A stretch of 64,000 nucleotides of DNA from Candidatus Enterousia sp. (GTDB lineage Bacteria > Pseudomonadota > Alphaproteobacteria > Rs-D84): contig JAZNVZ010000007.1 in the NCBI GenBank assembly GCA_045593065.1, positions 89,724-153,723 of the forward strand, in the 5' to 3' direction. The notes below the pieces were generated by a model. It was not told the DNA's origin, searched no databases, and saw only the letters and a list, made by a program, of their open reading frames with translations. This document shows positions 19,037 through 29,100 of this stretch, piece by piece (position 1 is the first letter of the stretch; each line of letters opens with the position of its first letter). The position numbers and the translations under genes are program-made.

Positions 19037-19480
19037 TTATATAATTAAATTTGGGCGGGCAGCGCGCAGGTTTTCCAGTGATTTTTCTTGCACGCGTTTG
19101 AATTCGTCCGCATTCCAGATTTGAAAACTGTTCCCACGGCCGACAAACAATGCCGTATCCACTATGCCGGCATGCGCCAGTAAATCATTCGGGATAACAA
19201 TTCGCCCAGTTACATCAAATGCCAGTGGACGCGCATCAGCAAATAACATTGCAGACAAATCATCGCGTGCACTGTCAAAAACGCCCATTTTATCGGTCGC
19301 CGCCGCCAAAGATTCCATACGCGACATCGACAGTCCTTCGATACATTTATGTGTGAAAGAACGATACAAAACAACACCTGCAAATCGTTCATCGTTTAAC
19401 GAATTGCGAAAGGAAGCCGGCACAGAAATACGGCCTTTGCTGTCCAAACGATTTTCATAAGACGAGAGAAACAATGACAT
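19037..19480 (-). CDS. mraZ: transcriptional regulator MraZ (orphan, not followed by rsmH/dcw genes)
   Basis: Two MraZ repeats: DSKGRISVPASFR in the first and TGRIVIPNDLLAHAGI...FQIWNADEF in the second. Confidence 0.8.
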   Translation of the reverse strand: MSLFLSSYENRLDSKGRISVPASFRNSLNDERFAGVVLYRSFTHKCIEGLSMSRMESLAAATDKMGVFDSARDDLSAMLFADARPLAFDVTGRIVIPNDLLAHAGIVDTALFVGRGNSFQIWNADEFKRVQEKSLENLRAARPNLII

Positions 19481-19847
19481 TGTTATTCCGTAATTTTGCT
19501 TTGTTAATTGGTTTCCTTGTCGCAGTCCAATGCCAATGTAGCAACATTTTTTTGAGTTGTCAATGACAATATATAATCAAATTATGGGATTTTATGGTCT
19601 AACAAGACAAATTAACAATATGAAAAATATTTTATAAATAATTATATTTTTTTCTTGACGGCCGATTCGTTTTTGTTCTAAGATTGTTGTATAGACAAAG
19701 GGAAAAAGATTCAAACCGCACGAAACCCCCGGGTTTCTGGCAAAAACAAATAAAAACAACCAAATGAATGCTCGCGATTTGTAAATACTAATGTAAATAC
19801 AGCACAGGCAGTCATTTAAAAGCCCAAATGAAAGGAGGGACAACACC

Positions 19848-20180
19848 ATGCAAAAAAACATCAAACAAATAATGATTGCCCTGGACCAAGTTTTAAACAC
19901 CACTGTTTGGGTAAATCAAGATAGACAAATCATATCCTTAAGTGATGAATTGCACATTGGACACAACAATGCGCCCCGCTCTATCGAAGATTTGCCACGC
20001 GCATCATTGGTCGGTGCATATGTGTCTTTGCAAATTAGAACCGATAATTTCGAAGTAGCCGCCGAAACATTGGAAACACATGATTTGGCATTAAAGGTTA
20101 AAGAAATGGTTTTTGCCGAGGCCAAAAAAATTATGGATAACGCCACAGACAACACAGAACGTCATGTCAAGGCCGCGTAA
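19848..20180 (+). CDS. hypothetical protein
   Basis: Strong RBS AAAGGAGGG 8 nt upstream of the ATG; 110 aa; no recognisable motif. A ~190-nt leader lies downstream of a TTGACG/TAAGAT promoter-like pair at 19655-19690. Confidence 0.45.
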   Translation: MQKNIKQIMIALDQVLNTTVWVNQDRQIISLSDELHIGHNNAPRSIEDLPRASLVGAYVSLQIRTDNFEVAAETLETHDLALKVKEMVFAEAKKIMDNATDNTERHVKAA

Positions 20181-20256
20181 AATCCAACACCAGTTTCCGG
20201 GAGACCGGAAGGAGAGGAGAAGCCGCCAGCAAGTAATTGCTGTTGTTTTTTTTCGT

Positions 20257-20424
20257 TTACCTGTCGTGATTACGCGGCAACATCGGTGTTTTTGTGTTTG
20301 GCGCCATGCCTGCGGCTTCTAATATTTTCATCAGTTTTGCCTGAGATTTTACCCAATGTTGCGCCTGATATTTTGCTTCGCGTTCTTTTTTGATGCTGCG
20401 TTTTGTTTTTTTTGTTTTTTCCAT
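20257..20424 (-). CDS. small basic hypothetical protein (55 aa)
   Basis: Internal ATG of the track ORF 20257..20511 with an AAGGA RBS 7 nt upstream: MEKTKKTKRSIKKEREAKYQ... Confidence 0.25.
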   Translation of the reverse strand: MEKTKKTKRSIKKEREAKYQAQHWVKSQAKLMKILEAAGMAPNTKTPMLPRNHDR

Positions 20425-20553
20425 ATCGTTATCCTTTGGTTGCATGCAAATTATAACCCGGTTTTTATAGATTTTGTATCGGGTTGTCAACCTAGGAATC
20501 CGTCTGTGCAAATCGCAGCCGCAATTTTTATAATTTTTGATAAATTGAATTAT

Positions 20554-21600
20554 TTACACCAATTCGTCACGAATTTTGGACATTTGTTCGGCACGCGTTT
20601 TTATAACATCGTTGAAATCCGCATTACTTAAATCCACCGCATATCGTATTGCATTCGCAAACGCCAGCGCATCGCTGTTGCCGTGCGTCTTGACCGAAAA
20701 CCCGTTTAATCCCAAAAATGTCGCCCCGGCATAAGAACGCGGGTCAATTTTATGCTTTAACCGCTTGAACACATGCACCAAGAAAAAAGCACCGATAATC
20801 GCCAGCACAGATTTCTTGAAATTATCCATTATAACGCGTTTTATTAACTTTGCGGTACCTTCGACCGTTTTTAACACAATATTGCCTGTAAAGCCGTCCG
20901 TAACGACAACCTGGACACGACCAGCACTGATATCGGTGGCCTCGACAAAACCGATGTATTCATATGGCAATTCATCACGGTGTTCAGTCAATACGCGATT
21001 TAATTCTTGCAATGTTTCATTGCCCTTGGTTTCTTCGGTACCAATATTCAAAATCCCCAGGCGCGGGCGCGGCATATGGCCAATAACATCAGCGTACACA
21101 GAACCCAATATCGCAAAATCAAATAAATTTTGCGCATCACATTGAACATTTGCCCCTAAATCCAGCACAACCACACGGGAATCACCGCCGCCCGATGGCA
21201 ACATCGTGGTAATTGCAGGACGCGATATACCATCAATCGTTTTCAATGCCAATTTAGACAATGACATTAAAACACCTGTGTTTCCAGCACTGACCACAGC
21301 GGAAGAATTACCCAACCGCACATCTTTGATTGCCATAAACATAGATGTTCCATCCGCATGACGGATAACATCGCGCACTTTGTCTGTGCCACGAATTACA
21401 TCAGGCGCATCGATAATCGTGCAATTACGCGCAACACGCGGAAATTTTTTCAACAGTTTCTGCAGTGTCCCAGATTTACCAAAAATACGGAAATGCACCT
21501 TGGATTCACCATATTGATACAAAAATTGGTTGATACCGCCCAAAACAACCTTTGGACCTTTGTCGCCACCAAACGCATCTATGGATATAACCTTGGTCAT
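20554..21600 (-). CDS. plsX: phosphate acyltransferase PlsX
   Basis: MTKVISIDAFGGDKGPKVVLGG and its position downstream of rpmF. Confidence 0.9.
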   Translation of the reverse strand: MTKVISIDAFGGDKGPKVVLGGINQFLYQYGESKVHFRIFGKSGTLQKLLKKFPRVARNCTIIDAPDVIRGTDKVRDVIRHADGTSMFMAIKDVRLGNSSAVVSAGNTGVLMSLSKLALKTIDGISRPAITTMLPSGGGDSRVVVLDLGANVQCDAQNLFDFAILGSVYADVIGHMPRPRLGILNIGTEETKGNETLQELNRVLTEHRDELPYEYIGFVEATDISAGRVQVVVTDGFTGNIVLKTVEGTAKLIKRVIMDNFKKSVLAIIGAFFLVHVFKRLKHKIDPRSYAGATFLGLNGFSVKTHGNSDALAFANAIRYAVDLSNADFNDVIKTRAEQMSKIRDELV

Positions 21601-21643
21601 TTTTTTTCCTTAATAAAAAAGGCAGATTTATAATCCTCTGGAA

Positions 21644-21654
21644 TTATACCACAA
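21644..21654 (-). promoter_or_regulatory. extended -10 element (TGTGGTATAAT) in the rpmF-plsX spacer
   Basis: Perfect TGnTATAAT on the minus strand about 45 nt upstream of the plsX ATG. It sits inside a GGCAGATTT...AAATCTGCC inverted repeat followed by a T-run. Confidence 0.3.
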
Positions 21655-21688
21655 GACCATCAAATCTGCCAGATTTAATTTTGATTTA

Positions 21689-21838
21689 TTATTTTGCGCC
21701 ACATGCAGGGCAAACATGATGTGGACGTTTCTTTTCACCGCATGATTTGCACACACCGACCGGCATAATTTTCAACGCATCATGAGATTGACGTTGTGCG
21801 CTGCGGGCTTTACTTGTTTTACTTCTTGGTGTTGCCAT
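21689..21838 (-). CDS. rpmF: 50S ribosomal protein L32
   Basis: 49-aa ORF below the track length cutoff: MATPRSKTSKARSAQRQSHDALKIMPVGVCKSCGEKKRPHHVCPACGAK. Canonical L32 N-terminus and CxxC...CxxC. Confidence 0.85.
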   Translation of the reverse strand: MATPRSKTSKARSAQRQSHDALKIMPVGVCKSCGEKKRPHHVCPACGAK

Positions 21839-21945
21839 TTTATAATCCTTTTTAATTCAACTTGTTATATTTTATTCCATTATTCATGTTTTGCAAGGAA
21901 AAGTTTGCCTGGGTCGGGGAATGCCCGACCCAACAATCTTTTTCT

Positions 21946-24900
21946 TTAAATGTCCAACAACTGCTGGTGTTCACCACCTTCGCGGGCAATCTTTTCAGCC
22001 CGTTCTTCTTGTTTGGCGATTTCACGCACACGGCGGACATACGCACCTGTTCCGATTGGAATCAAACGACCAACGATTAAGTTTTCGTTGATACCAACCA
22101 ATTTATCAGTTGAACCGTTTATTGCAGCATCAACCAAAACCTTGGTTGTCTGTTGGAACGATGCATTTGATATAAATGAACGCGATGTCAACGATGCACG
22201 GGTTAATCCAACCAAAACCTGGGATGCCTCGGCTGGACGGCCACCATCGTGTACAACACGGGCATTTTCTTCTTCAAAGTCAACACGGTCAACAACCGCA
22301 CCCATCAAGAACCCAGTGTCGCCAGGATTTGCAATTTCAACACGGCGTGTCATTTCACGAATCAAAATTTCAATGTGTTTGTCGTTGATTGTCACACCCT
22401 GCAAGCGATAAACCTGTTGAACTTGGTCAACCATAAATGTTGCCAATGCCTTTTGACCCAAAATACGCAAAATATCCTGGGGAACAGGTTCGCCATCGAC
22501 CAATTTTTCCGCCTTTTTGACGACATCGCCACTGCGAACCAATAAATTTGTTCCTTTTGGCACAGCATATTCCACAGGCGCAGTACCGTCTGTTGGTTCA
22601 ATACGGATGATGATTTTAGATTTTGCATCTTCTAATTCAACCGTACCGTCAACTTCGGCCAATAACGCAGGGTTTGCAGGACGGCGAACTTCTAATAATT
22701 CTTCGACACGTGGCAAACCACCGGTAATATCGCCCGTCTTTTTTGCTTGGACAGGGATACGCGCCAAAATATCACCCGCAGATACCTTGTCGCCATTTGC
22801 AACATTCAATACAGAATACACAGGCAACATGTATTGCGCTAATTTTTTACCGCCCAAAGATATTACTTCGCCTTTGTCATTTACCAAAGTAATAGATGGG
22901 TTTAACGCTTTCTTGGTATTTGTTTTCCAGTTAATAACCTTGCGCGATGTGATGCCAGTTGTGCCGTCAACTTCTTCTTGGAAAGAAACATTTTCAATCA
23001 AATCGTTAAAGCAAACTGTACCATCTTTTTCGGCAATGATATCGTTAGAATACGGATCCCATTCAGCAACCTTGGCACCCTTGTCGACAGTGTCGCCTTC
23101 GGCAACAATCAATTTAGATGCGTATGGCAATGCACAACTGAACAATTTATTGTCTTTGTCGTCAACCACGGCAATTTCACCGTTGCGCGACAAAACAATA
23201 ACACGGCCAGACGCATTTTTAATTGTGTTAACACCATACAATTTGATGCGACCAGCGACCGGCATTTCGATAAAGTGGCTTTCTGCACTACTTTCTGCAA
23301 TACCACCAATGTGGAAGGTTCGCAGAGTCAACTGCGTTCCAGGTTCACCAATGGATTGACCCGCGATAACACCCACAGGTTCGCCAACATGAACCAGCGC
23401 ATTGCGCGACAAATCCATACCATAACATTTTGCGCACAAACCATCACTCTGGCATGTTAACACACTGCGGACATCAACAGATGGCAACCCGGATTCATTG
23501 ATGGCCTTGGCCGCAGATTTTGTAACCAAATCGCCTTCTTTGACAATGACTTCTTTGGTCATTGGGTTAACAATATCGTGTGCCGCTGTACGACCCAATA
23601 CCACATCACCCAATGGCACAACCAAAGTAGAACCTTGGTACACTGGTTTTGCAGTAATAAATTCGTGCGTTCCACAATCATGTTCTGTGATAACTGTATT
23701 TTGCGCCAATTCGACCAAACGGCGTGTCAAATAACCAGCCGTAGCGGTTTTCAACGCCGTATCCGACATACCTTTACGCGCACCGTGGGTGGATGTAAAG
23801 TATTCAGACATGGTTAAACCTTCTTTAAAGTTCGAAATAATTGGAACTTCGATAATTGAACCGTCTGGTTTCTGCATCATACCACGCATACCCGCCAACT
23901 GTTGAATTTGACCTTTGGAACCACGGGCACCAGACAATGCCATCATATACACAGAATTCCAATTATCACCAGATGTTTTACCCAATGTCGCATATGCCAA
24001 ATCACCCAGTTTATCGGTTGTTTTCTGCCACAAATCAATCAGTTTATTGTGGCGTTCACCACCAGACAACAAACCGTTTTGATATTGTTCTTCGATTTCT
24101 TCGGCTGCGTGTTGAGCATTCGCAATCATGTCTTTCTTTTCTTCTGGAATCACGATATCGTTGAAACCAATAGAAATACCACTGCGTGCGGCCTGTTCAA
24201 AACCAGTATCTTTTAATGCGTCTGCCAACAAAATCATTGCCTTGTCGCCGCATGTTTCGTATGCGGTTGCCAACAATTTTTCGATGGCTTTTTTAGGCAT
24301 AACTTTGTTAACCAAATCAAATGGCATTTTGTCGGACTTTGGCAATAATTCACCCAAAATCATACGACCCGCAGTTGTCGCATATGTTTTGCCATTCACG
24401 CGGGCATAAATTGGTGTATGCAATGTAATAACCTTGTTTTCCAACGCCAATTTAACCTCGTCCATGTTGGCAAAACGCGGAGATTTCTTTTCATCGTGTT
24501 CGCCATTTATCAACGAAATATAATAAATACCCAACACCATGTCTTGTGATGGCACAGTCATAGGATCGCCACTGGCTGGGGACATAACATTGTTTGTTGA
24601 CAACATCAATGTACGCGCCTCTAATTGGGCCTCTAATGAAATTGGCACGTGAACAGACATCTGGTCGCCGTCAAAGTCAGCATTAAATCCTTTGCAGACC
24701 AATGGATGCAAACGAATTGCCTTGCCTTCGATTAACACTGGTTCAAACGCAATCAATGATAATCTGTGCAAAGATGGAGCACGATTTAACAACACAGGAT
24801 GTTGATAAATAACCTTTTCCAAAATTTCCCATACAATATCTTCACCATTTTCAACCATTTTACGCGCGGTTTTCAAAGTGTTTGCATAACCACCCGCCAA

Positions 24901-26058
24901 CAAACGCGCAAACACAAATGGTTTAAACAATTCCAAAGCCATTGTTTTTGGCAAACCAACCTGGTGCATACGGAGAGTTGGCCCCGGTGTAATTACTGAA
25001 CGACCAGAATAATCCACACGTTTACCCAACAAATTCATACGGAAACGACCAGATTTACCGCGCAAAGAATCCGATAAAGATTTCAATGGACGGCGATTTT
25101 GCGAAACCATTGGACGCGATTTATGTCCATTATCAAACAAAGAATCCACGGCTTCTTGCAACATGCGTTTTTCATTACGAATAATGATGTCAGGCGCATG
25201 CATTTCCATAAATCTTTTCAAACGATTATTACGAATAATAACACGGCGATACAAATCATTCAAATCAGATGCCGCAACATGACCCGCATCCAATGTTACC
25301 AATGGACGAATATCTGGTGGAATTACAGGCAAAATATCCGGCAACATCCACGCTGGTTCTGTTTTAGAATCCAAGAAAGATTCAACCAGTTTTAACTGTT
25401 TAATTAACAATTTGCGTTTTTGTTCAGATTTGGTTTCTGCCAATTCTGCGCGTAAACGCGTGCGTTCATCGCCCATATCCAGGTTTGCAATAATGCTGCG
25501 CACGCCTTCGGCACCAATACCAACACGGAACGCATCTGCACCAAATTCTTCAACCTTGGCCTGGTATTCATCTTCGCTGATGACATCATACAATTTCAAA
25601 CTGGTAAGTCCAGGTTCGATAACAATGTATGCATCATACGAAATAACCTGCTCTAATTTCTTTTGTGGTAAATTATTCAACAATACCGCAATTTTGCCTT
25701 CGCGTAAAAACCAAGTGTGCGCCACAGGCATTGCCAATTTGATATGTCCCATACGTTCACGGCGAACAGATGATGGTCCAACCTCTACATGGCATTTTTC
25801 ACAGATAACACCGCGGTTTTTGATGCGTTTATATTTTCCGCATGCACATTCAAAATCTTTGACAGGGCCAAAAATTTCTTGGCAGAACAATCCTTCGGGT
25901 TCTGGTTTCAAAGAATGATAGTTGATGGTTTCTGGTTTTTTAACCTCGCCATGAGACCAGGACAGAATTTCTTCTGGGCTGGCGATAGTGATACGCAAAG
26001 CATCAAACTGTTCTTTGGTTTCGATTTGTCCAAATATCTTTTGCAACATATTTGTCAT
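21946..26058 (-). CDS. rpoC: DNA-directed RNA polymerase subunit beta'
   Basis: 1370 aa; zinc-binding CxCxxxxCxxC near the N-terminus; NADFDGDQM catalytic motif. Confidence 0.95.
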   Translation of the reverse strand: MTNMLQKIFGQIETKEQFDALRITIASPEEILSWSHGEVKKPETINYHSLKPEPEGLFCQEIFGPVKDFECACGKYKRIKNRGVICEKCHVEVGPSSVRRERMGHIKLAMPVAHTWFLREGKIAVLLNNLPQKKLEQVISYDAYIVIEPGLTSLKLYDVISEDEYQAKVEEFGADAFRVGIGAEGVRSIIANLDMGDERTRLRAELAETKSEQKRKLLIKQLKLVESFLDSKTEPAWMLPDILPVIPPDIRPLVTLDAGHVAASDLNDLYRRVIIRNNRLKRFMEMHAPDIIIRNEKRMLQEAVDSLFDNGHKSRPMVSQNRRPLKSLSDSLRGKSGRFRMNLLGKRVDYSGRSVITPGPTLRMHQVGLPKTMALELFKPFVFARLLAGGYANTLKTARKMVENGEDIVWEILEKVIYQHPVLLNRAPSLHRLSLIAFEPVLIEGKAIRLHPLVCKGFNADFDGDQMSVHVPISLEAQLEARTLMLSTNNVMSPASGDPMTVPSQDMVLGIYYISLINGEHDEKKSPRFANMDEVKLALENKVITLHTPIYARVNGKTYATTAGRMILGELLPKSDKMPFDLVNKVMPKKAIEKLLATAYETCGDKAMILLADALKDTGFEQAARSGISIGFNDIVIPEEKKDMIANAQHAAEEIEEQYQNGLLSGGERHNKLIDLWQKTTDKLGDLAYATLGKTSGDNWNSVYMMALSGARGSKGQIQQLAGMRGMMQKPDGSIIEVPIISNFKEGLTMSEYFTSTHGARKGMSDTALKTATAGYLTRRLVELAQNTVITEHDCGTHEFITAKPVYQGSTLVVPLGDVVLGRTAAHDIVNPMTKEVIVKEGDLVTKSAAKAINESGLPSVDVRSVLTCQSDGLCAKCYGMDLSRNALVHVGEPVGVIAGQSIGEPGTQLTLRTFHIGGIAESSAESHFIEMPVAGRIKLYGVNTIKNASGRVIVLSRNGEIAVVDDKDNKLFSCALPYASKLIVAEGDTVDKGAKVAEWDPYSNDIIAEKDGTVCFNDLIENVSFQEEVDGTTGITSRKVINWKTNTKKALNPSITLVNDKGEVISLGGKKLAQYMLPVYSVLNVANGDKVSAGDILARIPVQAKKTGDITGGLPRVEELLEVRRPANPALLAEVDGTVELEDAKSKIIIRIEPTDGTAPVEYAVPKGTNLLVRSGDVVKKAEKLVDGEPVPQDILRILGQKALATFMVDQVQQVYRLQGVTINDKHIEILIREMTRRVEIANPGDTGFLMGAVVDRVDFEEENARVVHDGGRPAEASQVLVGLTRASLTSRSFISNASFQQTTKVLVDAAINGSTDKLVGINENLIVGRLIPIGTGAYVRRVREIAKQEERAEKIAREGGEHQQLLDI

Positions 26059-26143
26059 TTATTTTGCTCCTTTAAGTCGCTTTAAAGTGCTGTGGGTATG
26101 CGGTCATGGAATGAAAGCGATACATCCCATGCCGCATCCCCAA

Positions 26144-29100
26144 TTAATCTACTTTCTTTGGTGTCATTGCCAAACCCAAACCACGCAATTCGCGAACGAA
26201 TACGTTGAATGCTTCTGGCGTACCTGTTTGGATATCATTACTGCCGGAAATGATGGCCTCGTACATTTTGTTACGACCTACGATATCATCGGATTTAACC
26301 GTTAACATTTCGCGCAACAAGTGTGCGGCACCGTGTGCCTCGAGCGCCCAAACCTCCATTTCACCCAAACGCTGACCACCCATGTGGGCCTTACCAGACA
26401 ATGGCTGTTGTGTTACCAACGAATAATTGCCCACAGAACGTGCGTGAATCTTTTCATCCACAAAGTGATGCAATTTCATCATGTACATAACGCCAACGGT
26501 TACAGGACGGGCAAATTTTTCACCAGTCATACCGTCATACAGAGTAAACTGTCCGGTTTCTGGCAATTTTGCCAATTTCAACATTGCCTTGATGTCGTCT
26601 GGGCTGGCACCGTCAAATGTTGGTGTTGCCATTGGAACACCATCGCGCAACAATGCGGCCTCGGCACGAACATCTGTGTCTGTCATTTTTTCTAATTTTT
26701 CAGCCACATCTTTGCCGTAAATTTTGCCCATGATATTACGCAAATCATCGGTTACGGCGCGTTTTTGTTTAACCTCGTCCAGAACCGCACCAATTTGTTG
26801 TCCCAAAGAACGTGCAGCCATTCCTAGATGTGTTTCTAAAATCTGGCCGATATTCATACGCGATGGCACACCCAGAGGATTCAAAACAATATCCACAGGT
26901 GTCCCGTCTTCCATGTATGGCATATCTTCGATTGGAACGACACGGGATACGATACCCTTGTTTCCATGACGACCCGCCATTTTATCACCAGGTTGCAATT
27001 TCATTTTATGGGCGATATACACCTTGACTTCTTTCAAAACGCCAGCACTGAGTGAATTGCTTTCTGTAACCTTGGAAACCTCGGCATCGGCTTTTTCGTT
27101 TAATGCCGCCAATTTGATATTGTGTTGTTCGCACAGTTCTGCAATCTTGGATTGGATTTCTTTGTTTTTAACAACCAATTTTTTGAAATCGCATGCCTTG
27201 ATTGCATCAAACACTTCGTTGGTTAATTTTTTACCAACAAAAGGTTTCAAACTGCCTGTACCACCATCAATCGTTTCATTTTCCGCTAATTGGAAAATCT
27301 GGTCAGCAAAACCTTTTTCAATAATCGCGATTTCTTCACTGCGATCTTGATTGATTTTTGCAATTTTTTCCAATTCAATCATTTGTGTACGTTCGTCTTT
27401 TTTGACACCATGACGCGTCAAAACATTTACGCCGATAACTGTACCTTCTTCGTTTGGACCAACGCGCAAAGATGTATCTTTGACATTCAATGCTTTTTCG
27501 CCAAAGATATTACGCAACAACGCCTCTTCGGGGGTCAATAATGTTTCAGATTTTGGCGAAACACGACCAACCAAAATGTCGCCTTGTTTTACACGCGCAC
27601 CAACATAAATGATACCAGATTCGTCCAGGTTTTTCACGGCTTCTTCACTGACATTTGGAATATCGCGTGTGAAACTTTCTGGTCCCAGTTGTGTATCACG
27701 AACCTTGAATTCTTTTTCCACGATTTTGACAGATGTAAACGCGTCTTCGCGGGAAATGCGTTCAGAAATCACAATCGCGTCTTCATAGTTGTATCCACGC
27801 CATGGCACAAATGCAACCAACACATTGCGACCCAACGCCAATTCACCGTAATTCATCGAAGAACCGTCCGCAATGATGTCGCCCGCTGACACACGGTCGC
27901 CAACCTTGACCAACGGTTTTTGGTGAATAATTGTTTCACTGTTGGAACGTTCAAATTTTTCCAAATTATAAATATCAACGCCAGTCACAACATTACGCGA
28001 ATTCATACATTTAACCACGATACGATTTGCATCCACAGATTCAACAACACCACTGTGTTTTGCAACCTTACCTGTTCTGGAATCACGCGCCACTTCGCGT
28101 TCAATACCCGTACCAACCAATGGGGCCTGGACACGCAATAATGGAACGCCCTGACGTTGCATGTTTGAACCCATCAAAGCACGGTTAGCGTCATCGTTTT
28201 CAACGAACGGAATTAATCCTGTCGCAATAGACACCACCTGACGCGGTTCAACGTCAATCAAATCAATTTCGTCTTTTGGAACCATTGTAAATTCGCCGTC
28301 AACACGCGCAGTCACAACATCAATCGCCAATTTACCATCAGCATTTGTTGGCGTGTTTCCTTGGGCAATTTTGTGTCCCATTTCTTCATCAGCAGTCAAA
28401 TATACAATTTTGTTTGTAACCTTGCCATCTTTGACCTCGTAATACGGTGTTGTGATAAACCCATATTCATTAACACGCGCATAAGATGCCAAATGGTTAA
28501 TCAAACCAATATTTGCACCTTCGGGGGTATGAATTGGACACAAACGACCATAATGTGTTGGATGCACGTCACGGACATCAATACCCGCACGTTCGCGATT
28601 CAATCCACCAGGCCCCAATGCAGAAATACGGCGTTTGTGTTCCAATTCTGCCAATGGGTTATATGCATCCATAAATTGTGATAATTGTGATGTTCCCAAA
28701 AATTCTGCAACCAATGAAGACAATGGTTTTACATTAATAACATCTTGGGGTTGCATGTTTGCAATGTTTGGAGATGATAAACTTTCACGGACCAAACGTT
28801 CAATACGCAACATTCCAGTACGGAAAGTTTGTTCCAACAATTCACCAACCGCACGCACGCGGCGGTTAGACAAATTGTCGATATCATCAATAGTATCTTT
28901 GTGATCAATAATGTTTGTTAATGTTTTCAACACCGCCAAGAAATCGTTCTTGGTTAACAAACGTTCGTCTTCGGGGCGTTTGCCAGAATCAATCTTTAAC
29001 CGTTTGTTCATTTTGAAACGACCAACCGCAGACAAATCATAGTATGCAGCATCGAAACCTTGACGCAAGAATAAACTTAACGCGGCCTCGACCGTAGGAC

